A stretch of DNA of 64,000 nucleotides, taken from positions 806,001 to 870,000 of the forward strand of contig CM120645.1 of assembly GCA_051362555.1 (NCBI GenBank), in the 5' to 3' direction. A program made the position numbers and the translations under genes. Below, piece by piece: positions 13,177 through 25,070 of the stretch. This stretch comes from Lingula anatina (taxonomy: Eukaryota; Animalia; Brachiopoda). The notes under the pieces were generated by a model. That model had not been told where the DNA came from. It saw only the letters and a program-made list of their open reading frames with translations, and ran no database searches. The first letter of the stretch is position 1. Each line of letters starts with the position of its first letter.

Positions 13177-13211
13177 CTTGATGCTACTTCAGTGAAAACC
13201 TGTGTAAACCT

Positions 13212-13212
13212 G

Positions 13213-13254
<42 letters not shown>

Positions 13255-13263
13255 TTAATAATA
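13212..13263. repeat. (AAT)n microsatellite
   Basis: Seen directly, just upstream of the acceptor of the TPRA1 ATG exon. Confidence 0.95.
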
Positions 13264-16200
13264 ACTGCTACTTCAATTCTGTGAAAACCTGTATAATCTA
13301 AATTACAGCTGCATAATAATTGTGATGATCAATTTAAGTTCAATTGTTGTTTTTTCATAACAATTTATTAACTTTACTGGTACAATATGATATGATTTAT
13401 CTAGCATTTAAGATGTAAAATATACATACATACATATATACTATAAACATGATACAGTAAATATGTGGACAAAAAAAAGAGGTCGTAACTTGACACTGAA
13501 TACAGTAACACAACGCAATACTTAACATTTGGATTAGCATAATTAAGAAATAAATTTCTAAACCTTTATATCCCCAACTGTAATCGACTGAAATTTGTAA
13601 AAATGTGAAAATGAAAATGAACATTTTGATTGCGCACTTTCGTAAACAGTTTCCTTCGCCGACATCTACCGCCCACACTTTTCCTACTATAGGCAGTCTA
13701 ACAGTCAATTACAACAACTTTGACAGAAGATTGGCCAGTACCTGTATTGATAAAAAGAAAATCCGCGAGGTAATTTTCCGAGGAAAGTCTGAAATTAAAG
13801 CAAGTTATTTCAATAACAAATACCTGACATTTTCTTTCCTTCTAGTTCCTTCAAAGTGTAACAAATAGTGGTCGATGCTATGCGGATGTAAATCTAGTGA
13901 TATTATCCAAGACAGCCTTTTATTATTTGCACGGACACTGCGAGCCGTGCTCGTTAGTGAAATGGCGCTCATTAAAGCTCCTAAGTGTTTTTTTTTCTTT
14001 CAAAGTAACAAATGAAAGTAACAGCTTTCAAGTGTGTTATAGTTACCAAAATTGTATATGAATGTTTGGTAATATTATTTCAACTTCCATGAGACACACT
14101 ATAGTCTTAAAACAATATCTTGACTGTGCCATTTACTTTCAGTTGAAACTTGTTGCAAGTCACTCTTTCACTTCCTTTACTGTTCTTCGGAAAATCATTT
14201 TCAAACAAAATTCTAAAATTTCTCTCACCATTACATCATTGACAAAACCACATTTATCTTAATAAAAACAAAATACAAACAATACAGAATGGACATATAT
14301 ATATTTATTTATTGATATTCACCATCAGTTTTTTTATAATATACAAGATGATGTCTGTAAGATCTTCAGCGAGTCCCGTCTCTCCATGGGATTACAACAT
14401 TTCACAAGTGAATATATTCCTAAATGCCGACAAGAACATCTTCAAACTCGCATCAACCTGTTAATGAACCAGCAACCTGGCTTCAAAACCTGCTGCACAG
14501 CAAAGAATCAAAACATTTGTGCCACTGACGTTTAAGAGTCACAATATTTTGTTCAAAAGCAGAGAAAAATGTTGACTTTTCAAACAATCATATATAGATC
14601 AGGGACTCCTAGAATGCACTTAGTGACAAGGTCCCCTTTTTAATGTGCATGAAAATACACAGCAAACAAGGCAGACAATGTTTTCTGTTGCTGTAAAGTT
14701 TGAAGAATTTTGGAGAAAGATGCAGAAACAGGCCAGATAATTATGAAATCAGGCACATTTCAGATGTTTAAAATCGCTGTAAGGGCTTGATCAATTTTGG
14801 AAAAAAGATGCTGAAACAGGTGAGATCATTATGAAATCTGAAGCATTTCAATATTTTATTTTTTTCCAATACTCATTATTTTCTAGTAACTAGTAAATAT
14901 CTGGGGAAAATATTAACAAATTCAAGTTTCTGTTAAGCACCACCAACACTTTTAACCATGTCAATATTTACACAGACATATATGACATTTAAATTATTTA
15001 CCAAACAGAAAATGCCCTTTTTTTCTTTTCCAACCGTTTACACGAGTTAAAGACCCGATAAATTAAAAAAAAAAAACCTTGGTCAACTTCATGAAACTTG
15101 GTTTCACCCCCAGACCTGTGTGTCTTTTGTCAAAGCTTTTAAGTTATTTATCACAAACAAAAACTTTCTAACCAGTTGGCCATAAATGAGAGGTAGAACT
15201 TTTTTTCAGTTGCCTGCACTGACATGAGATAAAATATGCAAACCTTCAGACACCAAATACACAATTTTACCATTATGCAGTAATTTTTCCTCAAGCAACA
15301 GCTATTAACACTTATTTGCCATTTATTGAAGAAAAAAATATAGCTTTTTTTCTTCGCCTCATGAGACACTTTTAAACTTAGTCTTCAATTCACTTGGCTT
15401 CAAATCCAGGACTGCAAGGTTGATAGATCATAAATAATGAATAGCCATATTACAATACCAAGACTGCTTACCTCTTGGTTTGATTAAAAATATACTGACC
15501 TTTCCTATGTAGCAGACAGCAGGATGCCCTATACAACCACCCAATATAAATGGGTTTACAAATATACTGTGTACATGTTGTACACACAAAATAAATAAAT
15601 AAAAATTGTTTAAAATGATAATAATAACAGTGTTGGAATAAAATGTTATATACAAATGTACAGCTATGCACAACTGGGATCGATACAATGTGTTGATATT
15701 CATATATAATGACTTGTGTATATCATTAAGTAGATGTGCCCACTATGGCATGATAATATTACCAAAACCATCTGGACATCACTAAACTTGTAAAAGAAAT
15801 GTTCTCAACTGCTTAAAAGAAATACACAGGACTAGCAGACAAATGCTAAGATCTGCAGGGAGTCCAAAGATTCTGATCCAATATGAAACAGCCAAGTCTA
15901 AATACCCAACCTTTCTGTCCATGGAAGGAGCAGATACAGTTATTATTATTTTTTTCATTAATTCAAAATATTAATTTCAGCTATTAAATATTATCTTCAT
16001 TGCTTTTTTTTGTCACATAGGAACAAAGCAATTTGATCTTATGGCTGATAAAATTGGTAGAAAAGCAAAAACAAAATTTATCTCGCAGAAAGTCGAAGCA
16101 TTGAGGTCAACCTCTCAGCAGACTCGGCCGGAAATGTTGGTACCACATGCTGTGCAGAACAGAAAAATAAATAAAATTTCCCCTCCAGTTACGGATATAA

Positions 16201-17141
16201 GTTTTCATAAAGCGATGAGCTTGCATGGAGTACAACACCACTAACTGGGAGCCTGAAGGATAACTCGTCAATGATTTTATGCACAGGAACATAAAATTAC
16301 GGCAACACGCAAGGTTTTTATGACTATGTGATGAAATTTTTAGAGATTAGTTTGTCTGTAGGGAGTGAACCATGACCTTGGATATTTTCCATATCTACAA
16401 TTTTCAAAAATGTTCTAGAACAGCAGTCTGTCAAAACTTTGAAGCAATGGAGGCACTGCATTTTGCCCACCACATGAAAATAATCCAAAAATGAACTATT
16501 CCAAGCTTTCCTCTTGCCTTTCTTTATACAATTAATTAAAACTGTGGAATAAGGCAGGACCTACACTCCAAAGTGGACCAATAATTCACTGAACTTGGAA
16601 AATCTTTTTTAAGACAGCCTTCAGTTTGTCTCTTACACATAAAAGCGCATAATTCCTAAAAATAATAATTATTTCACTGAAGGTTAAAATACAGATTCCA
16701 AAATTAGAGAGAGGTAATAGCCTTGCTGATCCAGATGATAATTTTGGGAGTATAATTATTTTCATAAGGGCGTTTTTGATGTAGTCACCAGCAAATAAAA
16801 TATATCTTAAACCACACCAGTAGTGAACAACAGCAAATTTTTGTGAATTACCGAGACCAACAATGAAAATTAAATGACAACTTGTTTAAAATTACAATTT
16901 CCCAAATGAATTACTTAGTGTATAAAGCTAAGTGTATTCCAAATGCAACAGCTAAACTGCTGGTGAAAATTTTGGCAAAATCAAAATTATGAACCAATTT
17001 CAAGACAAACTGGGCAAAAAAATAGTACACTCATATCAGCATTCAGAATTTGCCTTAAATGTGCTATTTGAGAATGAGCAAATGATAGCACACCAGTACT
17101 CATACATTTAAAATCAACAACAGATTCCTTTGATGGAAAAT

Positions 17142-20100
17142 CTAATCCAAGTAGATGACTTCCTCATAGAGCACAAGTTCCTCTTCTGTACTACTATCAG
17201 AGGTGATTTCCCCATCCTCCTCCGCAGAAACCAATGGAGATATCCTCTGACCTTGACCTCCAAAGTTGACCTTGACCTTACCATCTGAAGTCCTGGTATA
17301 TCCTCTACTGTTACTGTTATTGTTGTTACTGTTTTGTTTACTGAATCGCATCCAGTGTTTATTCCCCGACTTGGACTGAAGTTTTTTTCTGAGTGCGCTG
17401 GATGTAACCCTTCCTGTTCTCGGAGGACCTTGCTTCTGCTGAATTCCTGTGACCTTGTTCACTCTTGAGAGCGATGACCTCGTCTTTAGTCTGCCTTCAT
17501 TATCTTTAAATTAAAGCACAAAAATGCTTTTATCATAAACATTGTGATAATTATTTCACTTTGGTTCAATAAAAAAATATGAGAATTATCAATAAAAAAA
17601 AATGTGATTATTTGTTGGAGTGACTGAAGTGCAAGCAAGTACATCAGATATGAGGCACACGACTGTAAAAATGCAATTGTATGTTTAAGTAACAGCCCCG
17701 AGTAGAATATTATTATGTAAAGATTTATTCTTAAACTATTTGCACATAAAACAATATCATACATTATTAACACACACCAACTCTCCAATTACTTGCATAG
17801 TAAGATAACATGCTGGCACCTGCCCATGCAACCGCAACCCTCACCTTTCCTCCTGTTGCTTCCCTTGCTTTCCCGGCGGTCCTGTCTTGCGCTGCTGACC
17901 CACTCAATGCACATATCACTGCTATCGCCTTCCAGGGAACATTTCCAATTCTCGATAGCCTCCCAGAAATTCGGTTTATCCAGACGGAGGCTGCTCCCGT
18001 CAGCTTCCAGTCGGGTAGATTTGCCGTTTTGTCTGACACTTTCATGTAATTTTCTCTTGCTGGCAGTCGAGCCAGTAGAAGAGGTTGGTGAATGAGTCCA
18101 CGACCTGGTCCGCCTGTGACTAGCGCTACTACTGATAGTAATTCCAGAATCTTTATCATCATTTTTCTCACTGGTCTTCTTAGCATGTTGATTTGAATGG
18201 ACAGGGGACTGTTTTGATTTGAACGTCTCTGTGCTCTCAGGGGAAGACGAGAGACTGATGGTGAGAGGTTCATGAAAGGCCACCGTCTCAGGATCGAGAG
18301 AGCGATTCTGTCTGGTTCTTCCTCCACTACCCCAATGTGATGAAGACAATGGAATGCCATCCATGACAGAATTCATATCCTCTCGACTGATCCTGAAAGA
18401 AATTTCGGAGTCTACTGACATCTCAGAACATGAAGAAGATGAGCTACTTTTTCTGCCTCGTCCTACACCCTCCATTGTTCTTTTGTTGGATCTTAGGGGT
18501 CTCCATTGCTGATTGCCTGTAGCTTTACTCTGCTGCTGTACATTTCTCCCTTGTTCAGCTGTGATTGTCCCTTTACTGCTCTGGTGTACTGAAGAGGAAA
18601 CCGCGGCAGATCCAGATCTGTGAGTTTTACAAGGAGAAGGGTCTCTTGATTTTTGCTTCAGCTTCTCGCTGCGAGATATACCTCTGGTACTGGACCTCTG
18701 ATTTCTCCTCTGTGGCTCCTGACTGAACGAAGACTCTGAATCCACACTACATATTTCCAAAGACCAGTCTGACTCAGAGAGGGTTTGGTCGACCTCAGTG
18801 TTGGTACCACCAGCATGGGGTGCGGCAACAACTGGAATGTCTTCCAGCACAATGATGGAACTGCTTGAGGAATCCGAACTTGAAGACGCTGATCTCCTGC
18901 GGGTGAATCTTGGACAAGGCTCTTCCCATATGGAGATTTGTTTGGGCGAACTGTTTGTTTGCGTTCCCACAGCAACAGCTTTGCGAGATGATGGACATGT
19001 TCTTTTACTTGTCCTTTGAACCAAATCTTTGTTGTTGTTAGCACTGACGTGTTGTGGGAATTTTCCACCTGGAGATCCGTGTGAAGTAATCCTATTGTTT
19101 GGCACTTGACAGGTCTGACTGAAATATTCGCCTGAAGTCACTGGTGCTGGTGATTTGTCCAACAAACTGGCTAAAGTTGGCAACTTATTCTGTGGCGATT
19201 TATTTGGTGACTGTGACCTTGACCTACATTGACCTACTTTAGATCCCGAACTCTTTTCCTGATTGGTAGAGGTTGGATGAACTATGAGATGACCTCTGCT
19301 GATAGAGTTCCCAATCCTGCCCCTGGACCCGCTTCCTCCCTCTAACTCAGACAGCAGACTTCGGTACACATGGACCCCTGGTTCTCTGAACGCGACATCA
19401 AGTTCCCCAGGAGGCAGTCGTGCCGCAGCAAGCCACCCATCTCTTGGTGAGGTCCCATTCATTTTTGGGACAGCGTCCTTGTCTGGGGTTTTTACCCAGA
19501 GGGCGATCTCTGTTGTCGACAACGGTTTTAGGTCGATGACAGGGACCTTCACTGGCTTCACCCACTTTTTAATGTCCTCTTTTTTAAGTCTCTGTAGCAC
19601 CACTTTACATTTAGGTAAACTTCTGGCCAGTTTCCTTCCCCTTTTATCAAGTCCTGTGACAAGTCTTTTGTACTGTTCTCTTCGTTGTCTGGTGGAGAAG
19701 GTATACATGTGATAATACTTAGGGTTAGTCCTTCGTGTCTTTTTAAAAGTGATTGGAAAATTGGCGTTCCTTTCACGGAGTTTCCCCATGACTGCACTCT
19801 TAGTGGGCGTGTGACAGAAGCGATTGTAATCGAGAATAACACTTCCGGTGCCCTCGCTGCCAGGCTGCACCAAGCGCTTCACGCGTTTACCCAGTGGAGA
19901 GCTCACGTCAATTGTCAGTAGATTCCCTCGACCCATATACCCACTCTGCCTCTCGTCTGCCTCACTAATATCTGACGATGCATCCGAAACGCTCTCCAAA
20001 TCAGCCGGCCGGTCTTCCTTGCAAACACTTAGTCTGCGCCAACTTGGGGTGTGTGGAGTGTGGGGGGTGTCGGGAGGTTCTCGTGTGAGCTGTGACAGCA

Positions 20101-22935
20101 GTGACTTTGGGGTGCGGGGGGTGGTGGGGGACCTAGGCGTCTGGGGTTCCTCCACCTCCAGAGCTTTGTCATCAATGACAATGTCCTTCTTTTTCTTCTT
20201 CAGTTCCTCTGCTTTGTACTGGGGCAACAGGCCTAACCCTACGAATAAATATATAATTAATCAACCCAATTCACAAGCTCTTGATATTTTATAAATTTTA
20301 TTTATATTTATTTCTCATGTCAATATCTAGAAGATATAGTTTCCAGGCACTGTCTATGATAACTAGTGACATCTTTCTAAATATCTTATTAGGGTTTTCA
20401 ACACCTACCTAATTTCTCCTGTAATTTTAATGACTTTTTCCTTCTACATTTACTATGCAATGCATTTTCCTTTAACTCCCATTTCCACAAACATTTGGTA
20501 CCTGACAAAAATTTATCCTTTGGAGGCCGTTTCCCAGACTCTCGTCTCTGAACAATCTTCAGAGGCGTCAGCTCCGGAATGTGTCGATTGCGCAACATTT
20601 TGTGAGGAGGTGTCTGAAGCTGCTGATGAAAACTTGAGGGCCGCTGCTCACAAATGTTCTGATGATTTAAAAGCTCCGTCTTTGAGCAGTATTCCTTTTC
20701 ACAGTGAAAACAGATAAACACTTCCACAAAGGTTTTATCTCTGTGATCTGAAAAGATCAAACATTTGTTTTAAACAGAGTAGAGAATGCCCACCATGCTC
20801 TGTAACAGGTATATATTTGTTGTATAAGGTGTTTTGATCAAAATTTAATAAGACTATGAAGTTAGAAACCTGCATATTGATGATGCTAGCTTAAAATCCC
20901 ATTTTTAGTAGCTCTGCCAGGAAGGCTTTGATCGTTTATTGATTTGTTAATTAACAACAAATCTGCTGATAGCCGATAATGATCTCATCCCTGTTTATTT
21001 CAGGATTTACCTTCTGACAAAGATGTACTCCTTGTATTTCTGGCGGGGGAGTCCCCCGGGACAGGAATGTAGGCACTGGCACTGGTTAGAGATGGATCAG
21101 CAAACTGAATCGCAATGAACAGGGTAAAATAATTTCATGATATGACACTTTATTTGATTTTATCACATCTCAGTGTCTGCTGAATCTGACAATAATTAAT
21201 TGATTAATTAATTATTTGACAAACATCCTTTGCATTTTTCCAAGTCAATTTCCTCAAATTAAGCCTTCAGACCATTTCAATTTCAAACTTCACTGATCAG
21301 TAAAATGATCCTCAGAATCAACCTCAAGCACCTGTGTATTTCTGCTGTCTCCCAGCGTATGACCTTTCTCTCCACCAAGAAAACTCAGGGCTCCGTTTGG
21401 CTTGGTAACCACCTGCACATTGGGGCCCAGACACAGGAGATCCTGGCGGCCGTGATATAAATAACAGTGGACAATGACGTTACGCAGGGCATCAGTGAGA
21501 GACAGCTGGAAAGAGAAAGACATATTATCATGAAGTAGAGATTGTGCCAATTCATATGAGGCAGTGATTTTATCACAGAGAGATGGATTTAACAAAGGGG
21601 AAATACAGTTTTTTTGTTTGGTTTATTTGGCTTTTTTTTTTGCCCAAACTTGCCCTACGACTGCCACCTCTGTGACACAACATAGGTAAACTGCGAAACC
21701 CTCTCATTTTTTAAAAGATGTTACTTTTCTGTCTTTCTTAAAACAAAAATACAACCACACCTGTTACCACACGATCCCCTACAAGCCGAACTCCAGAGAA
21801 TTATTCAACACAAGCCAATCATGTGAAGATATTTTTCTCCTCTGGCCACCACCACTAAATATAGCATCAGGCAACAGAGGAAATGAAATGGCAAAAGAAA
21901 ATCCTTGATCCATGCTGAAGCTTTACAAGTACTGACACACTGCACCCATACTTCTCAGCATGGAAATTATTGATCTTCTTTTGCTCTCACAAAATTAGGA
22001 TAGAAAAATAAATGGCATGGAAAAACCGTAAGGTCAAGATTATGATGGTTGTTCCCTTGAAAACAGATTTTTTTGTCAAAAAAAAAATGTTGAATAAATT
22101 TCTATTGCACACAGCTAAGGTTTAGAAGTGTGACATGCCAAGGGAAAAACTGAATTAATCACTCAGTCAAAAAAAAAAAAAAAAAAAAAAAAACACCTTC
22201 TTCAATTTCAACAGTTTCCCTCCAATATTGAGTTGTCTGTCGGAGCATCTTCTAGCTATTCATCAGGGAGGCTCTGAAGATGCGCTGACAGAAATTGAAA
22301 TGTCTAAGTCTATGTAAGTCTACAAACCTACAGCCTGTCTTAGTCTACTAACTTGCAGCCTGTCTATCTTAGTCTACTAACCTGCAGCCTGTCTATCTTG
22401 CCATCTTTATTGATGTCCACCCAGGGCACCTGCTCTGGCCACCACTCTGGCCGTGCGGACTCCAGACCATAGCCAGGGTTCTTCTTGCCTGTCACACACT
22501 GGAGCATCTTAGTGATGAATGCTTGCATTTCTCTCTACAGACACAAATGATATATAGCTAATAGATAAAGACATTTAGAGGCACCAAGATTATTCCATTA
22601 GCCAAATACAGGCCAAGATGACCCCCAATTATCACATAAGTAAAATGACTTAAATTCTTCACTTTGACCCAATTGTCACGTAGATAAAGGTGAACCAATT
22701 ACTTGTCATAAATAGGTCAAGATGACCCAATTACTTCTCATAAATAGGTCAAGATGACACAATTACTTCTCATAAATAGGTCAAGATGACGCAATTACAT
22801 GTCACATAGATCAAGATGATCCCGTTTCCTACCCACCTTACTCATATGCTGGAGATTGGTGACAGGTGGAAGCTGTGTCAGATCAGGAGCACATCCCTTG
22901 GACCTGGTGGCCATGTTGTCACAGGCTGCAGGCAT
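17142..22935 (-). CDS. Uncharacterised ~1170-aa nuclear protein with a divergent NRF1/Ewg/P3A2-type DNA-binding domain, a C2HC-type zinc finger and a long disordered C-terminus
   Basis: Exons 22935-22837, 22534-22382, 21505-21332, 21104-21011, 20747-20502, 20238-17845 and 17503-17142. All are GT-AG and phase-consistent, 3522 nt in total. The spliced N-terminus reads LPPVTNLQHMSK-REMQAFITKMLQCVTGKKNPGYGLESARPEWWPEQVPWVDINKDGKIDRLQ-LSLTDALRNVIVHCYLYHGRQDLL. This aligns by eye to NRF1 (QLRAFIPEMLKYSTGRGKPGWGKESCKPIWWPEDIPW...WTQALRTIVKNCYKQHGREDLL). Zinc finger: FICFHCEKEYCSKTELLNHQNIC. Confidence 0.85.
22610..22825. repeat. ~32-bp minisatellite (AAATAGGTCAAGATGACCCAATTACTTCTCAT) in the first coding intron of the NRF1-like gene
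   Basis: Three near-perfect copies at ~22700-22800, plus degenerate flanking copies. Confidence 0.85.
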
Positions 22936-23893
22936 CTTACAGCCTGGAGCAATAACAGTAACAGGACTTAAAGGTACATACGAACCCAGCATAGGTGGAG
23001 CGTGGATTCCCAGTAACACATGTAAACCACTTCTACTAGATTCTTATATGACTCAAATAAATTCGACATGCCAAGGGATAAACTGAATAGATCACTCGAT
23101 CAGCCATAAAAGACCTTTAGACTGCTCCTTTCTTTAAATTTTTGGTTGTAAATTTAACCTACTTTTGTGACCTACTTTCCTGCCCCATTAACATACAGTT
23201 TAGAATGCCAGCAAACATCATTTTTGGGTAAAATTAAACAATGCCTTTTGGCAATTCTCTTAGTTATACTACTTGAAACTATATGCAGGCATTTGGTTGG
23301 TTTTTATGACAAAAAATTGACTTTGTATGCATCTTTAAATGAAGACTCAAGGCATTAATGAAATTTAACCACGACATCAAGTTGGATGCAGCAGATAGAG
23401 TAAATACCAACACTAAAATGAAACGAACTAACAGCTGTAGCCATAGGTCTTTAAAGAATCTATAGGTGGCATTAGTCAATTTAATGCTATTTGTTTTCCA
23501 TTCTTGAAGGACCATGTATCAATAGCTAGAACTGTCTAATCTTGATATAGAGCTTTTTATTGAGTAAAATACACTACACCCATCATATGACGGCCATGTT
23601 GGAAAAGCTTCCAGGCAGCCTTTGGCTTGAGCAAAATCCTCTGCTAACCTTTTCCAGCAGAGTCAATCTGCTCCATTCTGACAGATACCCATCACAGAGA
23701 ATCCATGTCTGAGCTTTCACCTTTCATCACATACTTCCCATACAAAAACTCTCTCATATTTCAGCTGCCATACTGACATAACTGCTTTCCTGTTAGGACT
23801 GAAATTATGCTCTTTTCCAGAAATGAAACTCCCACTGTTCATATATCAGACTGTATTGATCACAGAGTTAATCCAAGGGTCTCTTTTCTCATA

Positions 23894-24063
23894 GGCCGCA
23901 TTCAGAACAGTGGACTAACTAGCCCAAGGTCAAATATGGCGACCCACTAAAAAGCTTGCCGTCTAATCTGCTAATAGACACTGAAAAGATTCCCTGTGGG
24001 AAAGTATTCAAGTGGGTTGGCCATATTTGACCCTCGAACTACTTCACTGTTCCTAATGCAGGC
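23894..24063. mobile_element. MITE (~170 bp, long imperfect TIRs), family A copy 1
   Basis: GGCCGCATTCAGAACAGTG...GGTCAAATATGGC / GCCATATTTGACC...CACTGTTCCTAATGCAGGC, flanked by ATA on both sides. Homologous to 24897-25070 in inverted orientation. Confidence 0.75.
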
Positions 24064-24896
24064 ATATACTGGCCAAACATTAATAAAGACATCCAGCCAA
24101 ACTGAACTCAAAGAGTTTTAACAGCACAATGACCTTGATGTAGGTCAGTGGTCAATACTCATAATTGCCAGAATCCTATCTCTTACTAGTAACTTTATGA
24201 TAATAAGGCCATGCGAAAGGCACTTTAATACATGTTTACCAATACAGTGACAGCAAGTTACCGACAGGTTATGGTCTGAGAGGTTGGCCATTTCTGCTTC
24301 ATTCCCCCCGATTTCAGAGTACTAGTAGATAATTTGTTCAAAAGTCCAACAAAAGAACAGCACATTAATAATTTAGCAAATGTATAAATAATAGGTATAT
24401 ATTTTTTAATTTTTTTTTCAGAATCTCCACTTTAAAAAATACAAAACTTAATAAGAACTCGGCATTTACTCGCCCCATAATAGCCTCGAAATGAAAGGTG
24501 ATATCGCCATGGCAATTCGCGATACTTTCGAGTTACGGAACCAATATTAAGCCTGGAGGTTGCCACAGATATATATATTACCATTCTACTAAACTGATAT
24601 GCAGACCCTCCGGCACTGAATTAGCTCTCTTTTTCCTTAATGAGCCCAACAGTGAGCACAATTACTCAATATCTAATGAGGTCAAGCTATGGCTAAAGAG
24701 GTGAAAATTAATACCTGGGTGACTAATAGGCTGTGTGGGCTTAGGAGGATTATTTCAATAGACCATACATTACCATTGTCATATATTTCCATAATTTACT
24801 GCAGTATTGTAAAACAGTTACATACAAATCCTGATTACTTGTACAGACTTTTTTCACATGTAAATGTACAGTATGCTAGTAGGTTGATCTGTCTTA

Positions 24897-25070
24897 GGCC
24901 CCATTCAGAATAAGGGGACTAAATAGTGAGAGTCAAATACGGCCAACCCACTTGAATATTTCCCCATGAGATATCTAATCAGTGTGTCTTAGCAGATTAA
25001 ACAGCAAGCTTTGTAGTGGGTCGCCATTTTTGACCCTCGGACTAGTTAGTCCCCTATTCTGAATGGCGCC
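24897..25070. mobile_element. MITE (~174 bp), family A copy 2, PIF/Harbinger-like
   Basis: TIRs GGCCCCATTCAGAATAAGGGGACTAA / TTAGTCCCCTATTCTGAATGGCGCC, flanked on both sides by TTA (3-bp TWA-type TSD). Confidence 0.8.

Noticed and set aside
14821-14842. TGAGATCATTATGAAATCTGA resembles the mature bantam miRNA
   Set aside because: I found no complementary arm nearby to form a pre-miRNA hairpin. It is one copy of a local ~87-bp degenerate duplication (14705-14850).
17767-20294. Overlapping and antisense ORFs (197 aa, 136 aa, 148 aa and others) within the long exon
   Set aside because: These are shadow frames of a GC-richer coding exon, with no independent motifs or splice support.
21332-22935. 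Calling the second gene NRF1 itself
   Set aside because: It is too divergent from the highly conserved NRF1/Ewg/P3A2 sequence and has a different domain architecture, so no symbol was assigned.
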